Below are positions 28,458 through 37,404 of a stretch of DNA of 64,000 bases, piece after piece. A program made the translations under genes and the position numbers. Within the stretch, counting starts at the first letter, position 1. Each line of letters begins with the position of its first letter. The notes beneath the pieces were generated by a model. It was given only the letters and a program-made list of their open reading frames with translations. It searched no databases and was not told where the DNA came from. The DNA comes from an uncultured Arcobacter sp. (lineage in GTDB: Bacteria > Campylobacterota > Campylobacteria > Campylobacterales > Arcobacteraceae): assembly GCA_965140705.1 (NCBI GenBank), contig OZ223300.1, forward strand, positions 1,248,001 to 1,312,000, written 5' to 3'.

Positions 28458-28606
28458 TTTTTCTCCTAAGTTTTATATAACTAGTAATTATATTAGAGAT
28501 TTATTACATAAAAGTAACAACAAGAACTTAAGGGTATAATAAATCCTTTTTGCTTATTTATTCTTTAAATAGACTTAAATTTAATAATTTGTTTATTATA
28601 ATTATA

Positions 28607-28615
28607 TGCTATAAT
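28607..28615 (+). promoter_or_regulatory. Extended -10 promoter upstream of lsrK
   Basis: TGCTATAAT. Confidence 0.5.
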
Positions 28616-28700
28616 CAGATAATTAAAGAAATAAAATTTTTTATAATATTATTATAATTATAAAGGCTATTTGCAAGTTTTATTCTAATTGGAGAGCATA

Positions 28701-30263
28701 TTGAAATATTTAATGGCCATTGATGCAGGAACAGGTAGTGTTCGGGCGGTTATTTTTGACACTATTGGAAATCAAATAAGTGTAGGTCAAAGGGAATGGA
28801 CACACTTAGAAGATGAAGGTGTTAAGTGCAGTATGAGCTTTGATTTTACTACAAATTGGCAACTATGTATTGATTGTATAAAAGAAGCAATTGAAAAATC
28901 AAAAATAAATCCAAATGATATTTTAGCCCTTAGTTCCACAAGTATGAGAGAGGGTATTGTTTTATATGATAAAGATGGAAATGAGCTTTGGGGCGTGGCA
29001 AATGTTGATGCAAGAGCAGGTGAAGAGGTTAAGTATTTAAAAGAACATTTTGAAGGTATAGAAGAAGAGTTTTATCATACTTCAGGTCAAACTTTTGCAT
29101 TAGGTGCACTTCCAAGAATCTTATGGCTTAAAAATAATAGACCTAAAGTTTATGAAAAAGTTGCGAAAATCTCTATGATAGGTGATTGGATTTTAGCAAA
29201 ATTAAGTGGTGTAATTGCAAGTGACCCAAGTAATGCAGGAACTACTGGGATATTTTCACTTGTTAATAGAACATGGGATACTTCTCAGGCTTTAAAAATT
29301 GGTTTAAAAGATGATATTTTTCCTACTTGTTATGAAGTGGGAACTGTAATTGGAACTGTTAATGAAAAAGCTTCTAAGCAGACAGGTCTTTCAAATAATA
29401 CAAAAGTAGTAATGGGTGGAGGAGATGTTCAATTAGGCTCTGCTGGATTAGGAGTTGTAGAAGTTGGACAAGTAGCAGTTCTTGGTGGTTCTTTTTGGCA
29501 ACAAATTGTAAATATATCATCAGATATTTATCCTCCTTCAAATATGAGTTTAAGAGTTAATCCCCATGTTATTCCAAATCAATCTCAAGCAGAGGGAATT
29601 ACCTTTTTTTCTGGACTAATAATGAGATGGTTTAGGGATGCTTTTTGTGATATGGAAAAACAAGAAGCAAAAGAGAAAAATATTGATGTTTATGAAATAC
29701 TTGAAAAAAAGGCCAAAGATGTTCCTGTTGGTTCTTATGAAATCATGCCTATTTTTTCTGATTCTATGGAGTATGGTAAATGGTACCATGCAGCACCTTC
29801 ATTTATAAATTTAAGTATTGATTCAAATATTTGTAATAAGGCATCTATGTTTAGAGCATTGGAAGAAAATGCCTGTATAGTCTCTTCAATTAATTTGGAA
29901 AAAGTAGAAGCTTTTACAAATCTAAAATTTGAAGAAATAGTATTTGCAGGTGGAGCTAGTAAAGGAAAACTTTGGCCTCAAATACTAGCAGATGTAACTG
30001 GTTGTAAAATTAAAATACCAAAAGTGACAGAAGCTACGGCACTTGGAGCTGCAATGGCTGCAGGTGTCGGAGCTGGCATTTTTGAAACACTCACTTTAGC
30101 TTCAAAAGAGTTAGTGGTATGGGATAAAGAGTACTTACCAAATCTTGAAAATAAAAAAATATATGATGGCATAAAAGAAAAATGGAAGAAGATTTATAAT
30201 AAACAATTAGAGTTAGTAGATAATGGTTTAACAAGTTCTATGTGGAAAGCCCCAGGAGTATAA
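28701..30263 (+). CDS. lsrK: Autoinducer-2 (DPD) kinase, FGGY family
   Basis: YLMAIDAGTGSVRAVIFD, SMREGIVLY, ANVDARA, GGGDVQLG, GGSFWQQ, RVNPHVIP, RWFRDAFC, WYHAAPSFINLSID and the terminal WKAPGV closely match recalled enteric LsrK; TTG 28701 follows SD GGAG. Confidence 0.88.
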   Translation: MKYLMAIDAGTGSVRAVIFDTIGNQISVGQREWTHLEDEGVKCSMSFDFTTNWQLCIDCIKEAIEKSKINPNDILALSSTSMREGIVLYDKDGNELWGVANVDARAGEEVKYLKEHFEGIEEEFYHTSGQTFALGALPRILWLKNNRPKVYEKVAKISMIGDWILAKLSGVIASDPSNAGTTGIFSLVNRTWDTSQALKIGLKDDIFPTCYEVGTVIGTVNEKASKQTGLSNNTKVVMGGGDVQLGSAGLGVVEVGQVAVLGGSFWQQIVNISSDIYPPSNMSLRVNPHVIPNQSQAEGITFFSGLIMRWFRDAFCDMEKQEAKEKNIDVYEILEKKAKDVPVGSYEIMPIFSDSMEYGKWYHAAPSFINLSIDSNICNKASMFRALEENACIVSSINLEKVEAFTNLKFEEIVFAGGASKGKLWPQILADVTGCKIKIPKVTEATALGAAMAAGVGAGIFETLTLASKELVVWDKEYLPNLENKKIYDGIKEKWKKIYNKQLELVDNGLTSSMWKAPGV

Positions 30264-30638
30264 ATGAAATTAACAAATGAAAACGAACATGAGTATAGAT
30301 TTGGAACACATGGACCAAAATATTTAACAAAAGGCCCTATGGTAGATATGGGAGTTGTTGTAATTGGTGTAGGAGAAGAACATCCCTGTCATAAACACAC
30401 AAAACAAGAAGAGTCTTTTTTTGTTTTAGAAGGTGAATGTAGTGTTTATCTTGATGGAGTAAAAGTTGTAATTAAAAAAGGTGATTATTTACAATGTGAG
30501 CTAGGTGAATCACATATGTTTGTAAATGAAAGTGATAAACCTTTTAAAGCAGTATTTATAAAAGCTCCTCACTTTGATGTGAAAGATTCAGTATATATTG
30601 ATTGGAAACCTGGACAAGAATTTATAAAAGAGGATTAA
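30264..30638 (+). CDS. Cupin-domain protein
   Basis: HPCHKH..QEESFFVLEG...GESH metal motifs; abuts the lsrK stop. Confidence 0.88.
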   Translation: MKLTNENEHEYRFGTHGPKYLTKGPMVDMGVVVIGVGEEHPCHKHTKQEESFFVLEGECSVYLDGVKVVIKKGDYLQCELGESHMFVNESDKPFKAVFIKAPHFDVKDSVYIDWKPGQEFIKED

Positions 30639-30640
30639 TA

Positions 30641-31417
30641 ATGGAATTTAAAAGGAATTTATACTTTATTCTTGAAAGACCAGCAAATCATAAATATGGG
30701 ATGTTTGTTCAAGCAATTATTTATATAAATATATTTGCTAGTATTTTGATATTATTTCTGGAAACAGAAGAGTCTTTAAAAGGATATATGCATATATTAA
30801 ATTATATAAATATATTTAGTATTGGACTTTTTACTCTAGAATATATTGCAAGAATATATTGTATAAATTATGATAATAAGAAAAAAAGAATGAAGTATAT
30901 TTTATCTCCTTTTATGATTATTGACTTGTTAGTATTATTACCTTTTTATTTATCCTTTTTCCCTTTTTTAAATATAGATTTGGCATTTCTTAGAACTTTG
31001 AGAGTTTTAAGAATTTTCAAACTTTTTAGACTTGGAAAATTTATTGAATTTGATAATATATTAGCTCAAATTGTAAAAGAGAAAAAAGAAGAGTTTATAT
31101 TTATTTTAATAGCTTCTGTTATAATATTATTTACTATATCACCTTTAGTATATTTTGCAGAACATGATGCTCAACCAACAGTATTTAAAAGTATGTTTGA
31201 TTCTCTTTGGTGGTCAGTTATAACTTTTACAACAGTTGGATATGGAGACATGTATCCAATTACAGGTTTTGGAAGAATATTAGCTACATTTTTAAGTGTA
31301 TTTGGAATAGCTTTTTACGCAATACCTGGTTCTATCTTAACATCTGCATTTTTGAATAAGATGGATCATAAAAAGCATTATAAAGAAGATAAAAATAGTG
31401 ATGAGAATAAGGTCTAA
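30641..31417 (+). CDS. Voltage-gated potassium channel (6TM)
   Basis: S4 segment FLRTLRVLRIFKLFRL; filter TTVGYGD; ATG 30641 follows SD GAGGA. Confidence 0.92.
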   Translation: MEFKRNLYFILERPANHKYGMFVQAIIYINIFASILILFLETEESLKGYMHILNYINIFSIGLFTLEYIARIYCINYDNKKKRMKYILSPFMIIDLLVLLPFYLSFFPFLNIDLAFLRTLRVLRIFKLFRLGKFIEFDNILAQIVKEKKEEFIFILIASVIILFTISPLVYFAEHDAQPTVFKSMFDSLWWSVITFTTVGYGDMYPITGFGRILATFLSVFGIAFYAIPGSILTSAFLNKMDHKKHYKEDKNSDENKV

Positions 31418-31418
31418 G

Positions 31419-32345
31419 ATGGAAAAAAGAGTATTAGAAATCGAAAAATTAAAAGCAGCCCTTGGTGAAAGTTTAACTCAAGAAGAAATAGAGAAAAAAT
31501 TGAAAGAAAAATTAGAATCCACAGAAGAAGATAATTCTGAAGAAGAAATTAAACAAGAGCTTCTAAATGATGATATAGAAGAACTTGAAGATAATGAAAA
31601 AACTCAGGAAGAGACTATTGAAGAATCAGAGAAAATCGAAGACTCTGAAGAAGAAAATGAAGAAAAAGATTCCTCAAATTTTGAAATTCAAGTAGAAGAG
31701 ATAAGTGCTGAAAAATTAGCACTTCTAAATAAAAGAAGAATGGAAGATTTAAAAGCTAATAAAAAAAGTTCTATAAATCTACTTATATATCTTTTCTCTT
31801 TTATTGCTCTTTTATTAATAATTTTTGCAGCATATTTATTTATGAATAAACCTATTGTAAAAGAAGTAGTTGTTTATAAAAAAAGCGAACCAAAAGAGAT
31901 AGTTAAAGAAGTAGTAAAAGAAAAAATTGTTCCAGTAAAATCTCTTGATGATAAACAATTAAAGAGTTATTTTAATTCAAAAAAGTATAATATTTATAAA
32001 TGTTATGATTTTAAAGTAGGTGTTGCAACTTTTCCTAATGAGTGTAAAAAGCCCCTAAAAGAGTTTTTAGCAAAAAATAAAGATAGTTTTAAATTGGAAA
32101 TTACAGGAGTAGTTTCACCTGATGATATAGCCTTGGTGAAAAAAGTTAATTTAGGGGATGCAAGTCCTAAAATGAGAGAATATATTGTAAGAGGCTTTTC
32201 AAGAGAGAGAGTTTTAGAGACCTCTTTTTACATAAGAGATGTTTTAAAAGATGATGTTATTTTAACCCCTGTTAATTATTATGTTGTATCAAAAAAAGTG
32301 AGCAAAGGTGTTATTATAAAAGCCTATTATTTAGAAAAACAATAG
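31419..32345 (+). CDS. Hypothetical membrane protein: acidic low-complexity N-terminus, one TM, possible degenerate OmpA/MotB-like C-terminal domain
   Basis: Glu-rich region, TM LLIYLFSFIALLLIIFAAYLF, LEITG...GFSRERV. Confidence 0.65.
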   Translation: MEKRVLEIEKLKAALGESLTQEEIEKKLKEKLESTEEDNSEEEIKQELLNDDIEELEDNEKTQEETIEESEKIEDSEEENEEKDSSNFEIQVEEISAEKLALLNKRRMEDLKANKKSSINLLIYLFSFIALLLIIFAAYLFMNKPIVKEVVVYKKSEPKEIVKEVVKEKIVPVKSLDDKQLKSYFNSKKYNIYKCYDFKVGVATFPNECKKPLKEFLAKNKDSFKLEITGVVSPDDIALVKKVNLGDASPKMREYIVRGFSRERVLETSFYIRDVLKDDVILTPVNYYVVSKKVSKGVIIKAYYLEKQ

Positions 32346-32351
32346 GCTTTT
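32318..32351. terminator. Possible bidirectional hairpin between convergent genes
   Basis: AAAAGCCTATT-N12-AATAGGCTTTT. Confidence 0.5.
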
Positions 32352-32353
32352 GT

Positions 32354-32833
32354 TTATTTGTGTGAGATATTTTTTTCGATTAATTCACCATTCTCATTCA
32401 TCAAATAAGCAGCTCCAAAACCTAAAACCAAAGATTTGTCTTTTGGAGTTAACTCTACTATTTTAAAATCTTTCATTTTTCTAATAAAAGATAGACTATC
32501 TCCATATCTTTTGTCAAATAATTCAAAATATTTTTCACCTTCAACTATTTTACATGAGGCAGAAAAATATAATCTCTTTCTAGCATAAATATGTGAAGCC
32601 TCTTTTTCATCTTCTATTAAAAAAACATGAGCTTTTAAGGTGTCTTCAATATTTTTATAATGGGGTAGGGCAGAGCTCATAACAACATAAAATTTATTAT
32701 CATCTTCCACAAAGGGTGAGTAGTTTGTAAGGGGTTCATTGTCTTTACTTGTTGTTGAAAGAGTTAAAGAGAATTTATCTTTTGGAAAAGTTTTAAATGC
32801 ATTAATTATTTCTTCATTTGTTAGTTTATTCAT
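32354..32833 (-). CDS. HugZ/HutZ-like pyridoxamine 5'-phosphate oxidase (split-barrel) family protein
   Basis: NYSPFV, HYKNI, LIEDE, YARKRL and LVLGFGAAY motifs. Confidence 0.8.
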   Translation of the reverse strand: MNKLTNEEIINAFKTFPKDKFSLTLSTTSKDNEPLTNYSPFVEDDNKFYVVMSSALPHYKNIEDTLKAHVFLIEDEKEASHIYARKRLYFSASCKIVEGEKYFELFDKRYGDSLSFIRKMKDFKIVELTPKDKSLVLGFGAAYLMNENGELIEKNISHK

Positions 32834-32921
32834 AGATTTCCTTTTTTTGCATTATATATTTAAAATATTAAAATAAATTAAAAAGGTTATTTTAGTAAAA
32901 TAGTATAAACAAAGGGGTTTT

Positions 32922-33860
32922 ATGAAAAGATTTTCAAATGAAAATATGTTAGAGATAATTGAATATAGTACAAATTATTTAAAAGATAAAAATAGTAGAT
33001 TTATTTACGAGTTTGAAGTTTTGAATCCAGATATCTCTTTAGATGCATATAGTGGAGAGAAGTTTATTATAGAAAATAAGGAGTATATATATCGAAGTTA
33101 TAATTCATGGAATTCCCTAGCCCAAACTCTATTTTGCAAACTACAAACTCCCCAAGTTATTTCAAAAGAGTTTATTAAATTATCATTTGTAAAATTAGAC
33201 GAAGATGATAGTTTTCATAAAAGTTCAAGTGAACAAAGTGAAAAGTATGGTATAAATTCAATCTTTGATAATATTAATAAAAATGAAGAAGCCTCATTTA
33301 TTTATTATTATATGAATGCTTTAAAAAATGTAGATATAAGTTCAAAAACAAAAGTATTAAATTTAGGCATTAATAGTGGAGGAGAATTTGAAGTTATAAA
33401 ACAACTTTCAAGTGATTATAAAAAGACTCACTTTACTGGAATTGATTTTTGTGAATCAGCTATAAATAAAGCTAAAATAAATTTTAATGAATCAAATTTT
33501 TCATTTCTAGCTGAAGATATAAATAATATAAATAATTTAGATTTAGGTAAGTTTGATTTGATAATATCAATTGGTACTTTACAAAGTACAACATTAAATT
33601 TTAAAACATTTTTTATGTCTTTGGTTCAAAATTATTTAGAAGATAGGGGTTCTATAATTTTGGGATTTCCAAATTGTAGATGGATTGATACTCAAATGAT
33701 TTATGGGGCAAAGGCACCAAATTATAACTATTCAGAGTTGTCAATTTTGTTTAATGATGTGATATTTTGTAAAAAGTATTTACAACAAAAAAAATATAGA
33801 GTTACTATTACAGGAAAAGATTATATATTCCTAACAGCAACATCAATAAAAAAAGGTTAA
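32922..33860 (+). CDS. SAM-dependent methyltransferase-domain protein
   Basis: VLNLGINSGGE (variant motif I), TGID and FDLIISIGTL motifs. Confidence 0.75.
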   Translation: MKRFSNENMLEIIEYSTNYLKDKNSRFIYEFEVLNPDISLDAYSGEKFIIENKEYIYRSYNSWNSLAQTLFCKLQTPQVISKEFIKLSFVKLDEDDSFHKSSSEQSEKYGINSIFDNINKNEEASFIYYYMNALKNVDISSKTKVLNLGINSGGEFEVIKQLSSDYKKTHFTGIDFCESAINKAKINFNESNFSFLAEDINNINNLDLGKFDLIISIGTLQSTTLNFKTFFMSLVQNYLEDRGSIILGFPNCRWIDTQMIYGAKAPNYNYSELSILFNDVIFCKKYLQQKKYRVTITGKDYIFLTATSIKKG

Positions 33861-33861
33861 T

Positions 33862-34842
33862 ATGAAGTTTTTATTTATTTTTATTTTTATATTTTTGAAT
33901 CTTTCTTTTGCAGAAGATTTTAATAAAATTAAAAGTGTAAAAGAGTTTAAAAGTTATATGGTAAAAAAGCATAAATTTAATGAAAAAGAACTAACTAAAC
34001 TATTTTCAAATGTGAAAATTCAAAAAGATTCTTTATGGTTTTATACAAAACCTCATAAAACAGATTATAAGACACACTATTGGACAGATTATAGTAAAGA
34101 TTTTTTATCAAAAAAGAAAGTACAAGCTGGAGTTAATTTCTTAAAAAATAATAATGAAGCTCTATACAAAGCCTATAAAGAGTACAAAATACCGAGTGCA
34201 TATATAGTTGCAATAATTGGAATTGAGAGTAATTATGGGGGCTTTATGGGTAAAAATCCTACTTTTGATACTCTTAGTACTTTAGCATTTAAAGAAAATA
34301 GAAGAAATAGTTTTTTTAAAAAAGAGCTAGAAGCATATTTGATTATGACTAAAAAAGAAAGAGTAGACCCAAAAGAGATTAAAGGTTCTTTTGCGGGAGC
34401 AATAGGTTATTGTCAATTTATGCCAAGTAATTTCAAAAAAGTAGCAGTTGATTTAGATGGAAATAATCAAATAAGACTTGATAAACCAAGTGATGCAATT
34501 GGAAGTGTTGCAAATTATCTTAGAATGAGTGGATGGGAGAGGGGAACTCCTGTTGCAGTTGAAGTTAGTTTTGCTGGGAAAAGATTTGATAAGTTTAAAA
34601 CTGGATATACAACTTCATATGATAGAAATGATTTAGTTGGTATAAAACCTATTGAAAGATTTCATTATGATAAACATGTTAGTTTGATAAAATTAAAGAA
34701 AAAAGATAGTGATGAACTGTGGTATGCAACTAAGAACTTCAAAGTAATTACTACTTATAATAGAAGTGCTTATTATGCCATGGCAGTTCATCAACTAGCA
34801 AGTAAAATAAAAGAGGAATATCTAAAACAAAAAAATAATTAG
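33862..34842 (+). CDS. mltB: Lytic murein transglycosylase B family protein
   Basis: IGIESNYG, GSFAGAIGYCQFMPS, VDLDGN, SVANYL and YNRSAYYAMAV motifs. Confidence 0.9.
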   Translation: MKFLFIFIFIFLNLSFAEDFNKIKSVKEFKSYMVKKHKFNEKELTKLFSNVKIQKDSLWFYTKPHKTDYKTHYWTDYSKDFLSKKKVQAGVNFLKNNNEALYKAYKEYKIPSAYIVAIIGIESNYGGFMGKNPTFDTLSTLAFKENRRNSFFKKELEAYLIMTKKERVDPKEIKGSFAGAIGYCQFMPSNFKKVAVDLDGNNQIRLDKPSDAIGSVANYLRMSGWERGTPVAVEVSFAGKRFDKFKTGYTTSYDRNDLVGIKPIERFHYDKHVSLIKLKKKDSDELWYATKNFKVITTYNRSAYYAMAVHQLASKIKEEYLKQKNN

Positions 34843-35942
34843 TGATAATTAATATAGTTTGGTTTAGTCCACATCATTCTACCTTTTACAGGTTCTAATC
34901 CTAAAATTTGCTTAGGTGTCATTAGTGGTTTTTTATCATTTTTATAGAAAATTTTAAAGCCACCTTGGGCAATTTTATTTGCATCTTTATTATATAAAGA
35001 GTTATAAATTTTTATTTTAGTACTAGCTTTCCCATGTCCATCAATATTGTATGTAAGATTTATCCTATCATATTTTTTTACTAAGCTTTTATTTCTTAAC
35101 ATTCTTTCATAAAACATATGAATTAAAAGCATTCTTTTTCCTTCAATATGGTTTTCTATCATATAGTTTTGCATAGCTTCTTGAACTTCATTTACATCTT
35201 TTGCAAAAATATGTCCTATAAGTTTACCTGGAGGATATTTTCTATGTTTTGGGATTTTGAATTCTGGATCAATAGCAATATGTACATTTGGGTATTTTAA
35301 AAATTTTAAAATAGGTCTTACCGCTTCAATTGGAGTCATTGTTCCAAGTTGTACATCTAGAATAACAGCAAAGTTCTCCTTTTGGGCTCTATTGATATAT
35401 TTCATAATTAGAAGTTCATTCAGAGGTTTTATATGGTCAAAATCATTACCTGATTCTAAAGTTGCTACATCTTTTATTAGGTGATAAGTAGGTACAATTT
35501 TTACACCATTTGAAATTGCTTCATACTCTTTTTTTACTAATTTCATTTTTTTAGTAAGATCATCAATATTAAGTTCTCCTAATATTCCTAAGGATTTAGC
35601 ATATGGTCTTCCATAAAAACCAATCAATATATCATTTGGGTCATATGTATTAGTTTGTATATCTTTTTTTGTTATTTCTTTTTTATCAGTAGTATTATTT
35701 TCTACAATATCTTTTGTAGTTTCATCTTTTAATGTTGTATTTTCTTGAACTAGATTAATTTTGTTTTCTTGAGTTGTATTTTCTTCAGTAATATTTTTTA
35801 AAGTTTCATCTTTTAATGTTGTATTTTTTAAAGTTGTATTTTCTTGGCTTACACTTTTTGGGATTACATTCTCTTGATTAGCACTTAAAAAAGTAGTAAA
35901 AATTATACTAATCATTATAATAGTATTTTTTAATTTGTACAT
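34839..35942 (-). CDS. Secreted hypothetical protein with a repetitive N-terminal stalk
   Basis: Signal peptide; QENTT/KNTT repeats; globular domain with GFYGRP, LGILGE, ILDVQ, AIDPEF, IDGHG and GFKIFYKND. Confidence 0.8.
   Translation of the reverse strand: MYKLKNTIIMISIIFTTFLSANQENVIPKSVSQENTTLKNTTLKDETLKNITEENTTQENKINLVQENTTLKDETTKDIVENNTTDKKEITKKDIQTNTYDPNDILIGFYGRPYAKSLGILGELNIDDLTKKMKLVKKEYEAISNGVKIVPTYHLIKDVATLESGNDFDHIKPLNELLIMKYINRAQKENFAVILDVQLGTMTPIEAVRPILKFLKYPNVHIAIDPEFKIPKHRKYPPGKLIGHIFAKDVNEVQEAMQNYMIENHIEGKRMLLIHMFYERMLRNKSLVKKYDRINLTYNIDGHGKASTKIKIYNSLYNKDANKIAQGGFKIFYKNDKKPLMTPKQILGLEPVKGRMMWTKPNYINYH
35718..35827. repeat. Intragenic 26-bp direct repeat
   Basis: AGTTTCATCTTTTAATGTTGTATTTT at 35718-35743 and 35802-35827 (encodes NTTLKDET). 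Confidence 0.8.
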
Positions 35943-36014
35943 TTAATTCCTTATATATTATTCGGGATTATGCCAAAAAAGTATTGTGATTATCTTGAAA
36001 GTAGAAAAAGATTT

Positions 36015-36575
36015 CTACTTTTGGTCTTTTAACTTAATTATAAAGTTTTCTAGTGTTTCTTCATCAACTGGACCTATGAATTTTTCAATCATTACTCCAT
36101 CTTGTGCAAAAAGATATGATTCTGGTATTTTTTGAACATTATTAAATGCTTGTGCAACTTTTGCATTATCTGCACCTACAGTTACTGGAAAGTTCATATT
36201 ATATTTTTTCATAAATGCTGCTAGGTCATTTTTACTAATTTGGTCTTTAAATAAAATTGATACTACTTCAAAGTTATTAGGATATTTTGAAGTTAATTTA
36301 GAAAATACAGGAAGTTCTTCTTTACAAGGAGGACACCAAGTTGCAAAGAAATTGATAAGAATTATTTTCCCATTTAACTCTTTTGATGTTAAAATCTCTT
36401 TTGAATACTCAAAACTTATTTTTTTACCCTCAGTTGTTACTAGATTAAATATATTTTCATTTTTTTCTTTTTTTAATTCATTAAAACTAGGCGTATCTTT
36501 TATAACAGTTTTTGCATCATCATCGCACCCTGTAAATAAAAATAGTGTTGTTAATAAAAGTAAAAAGTATTTCAT
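36015..36575 (-). CDS. TlpA/ResA-family thiol-disulfide oxidoreductase lipoprotein
   Basis: Lipobox FTGC, INFFATWCPPC and IPES motifs; start moved to MKYFLL, overlapping the upstream stop. Confidence 0.88.
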   Translation of the reverse strand: MKYFLLLLTTLFLFTGCDDDAKTVIKDTPSFNELKKEKNENIFNLVTTEGKKISFEYSKEILTSKELNGKIILINFFATWCPPCKEELPVFSKLTSKYPNNFEVVSILFKDQISKNDLAAFMKKYNMNFPVTVGADNAKVAQAFNNVQKIPESYLFAQDGVMIEKFIGPVDEETLENFIIKLKDQK

Positions 36576-36994
36576 TAGTTTCCTTTTGTATTTTTGTAAA
36601 TTTGTATTTGCAATATAAAAAGCAAAAAGTATGCTATAAATGATAAAAATGGTATTGTAATAAATCCAAACCAATTTATATAAACAGTAGAACAAGGAAT
36701 ACCTTGTACACAAGGAACCATATCTTCTGAAATAATACCAAACATTAATAAGTTGTGATAAATGCTAAATAGTAAACCTATACAAATAAGTACAAAGGTA
36801 TATTTAAATATTTTGTCTTCAGGATATAATAAATTAATTAAAAAGATTAAGACAAGTGGGTACATAAATATTCTTTGGTACCAACACATAGTGCAAGGAA
36901 CAAATTGCATTATTTCACTAAAAAACAGGCTTCCTAGTGTTGCAATAAGAGAAATTATAAATGATAATAATAAAAAATTTGAAGTTTGTTTCAT
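36575..36994 (-). CDS. Disulfide bond formation protein B (BdbC-type)
   Basis: GSLFFSE, PCTMCWYQRI, PC....PC and GFITIP motifs. Confidence 0.9.
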   Translation of the reverse strand: MKQTSNFLLLSFIISLIATLGSLFFSEIMQFVPCTMCWYQRIFMYPLVLIFLINLLYPEDKIFKYTFVLICIGLLFSIYHNLLMFGIISEDMVPCVQGIPCSTVYINWFGFITIPFLSFIAYFLLFILQIQIYKNTKGN

Positions 36995-37084
36995 TAATGA
37001 CCTTTGGTGGTGAAAATATATCAGCTTTATTTTAACAGAAGCTTAATATAAATCTATTTATAATGGAATAAAAAAAGGCTCAAT

Positions 37085-37384
37085 TTGATTGAAGTAGCAA
37101 TTGTAATATTTATACTTATTAGTTTTGCTTTATTAATTTTGATTTATAAACAAATTAATAGAACAAAAAGTAGAGATAAGACAGAAGTAAAAACCAAACA
37201 AGACATTATTGATGGATATGAAAAACTAATTTTAGATGTTATTGAAAATAATAAGCATGACAAGAAGTTAATGATTGAAAAAAAGACTCAAATATTAAAA
37301 GTTGTTTCTAAAGATTTACATAATAATATATATTTTGATGATGATGAGGCTAAATATATAATTTCAAAGCTAGCTGAACTTTAA
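37085..37384 (+). CDS. Hypothetical protein with an N-terminal TM helix
   Basis: SD AAGG plus TTG; hydrophobic N-terminus. Confidence 0.65.
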   Translation: MIEVAIVIFILISFALLILIYKQINRTKSRDKTEVKTKQDIIDGYEKLILDVIENNKHDKKLMIEKKTQILKVVSKDLHNNIYFDDDEAKYIISKLAEL

Positions 37385-37404
37385 TAAACAAATTAAGGAA
37401 ACTT

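Noticed and set aside
31440..31720. GAA-rich repetitive DNA as a possible tandem repeat or array
   Set aside because: Explained by Glu/Lys-rich low-complexity coding sequence; no fixed repeat unit or spacers.
36576..36713. N-terminal extension of the TlpA ORF in the track
   Set aside because: Overlaps the bdbC gene; the real start is MKYFLL at 36575, which gives a proper lipoprotein signal.
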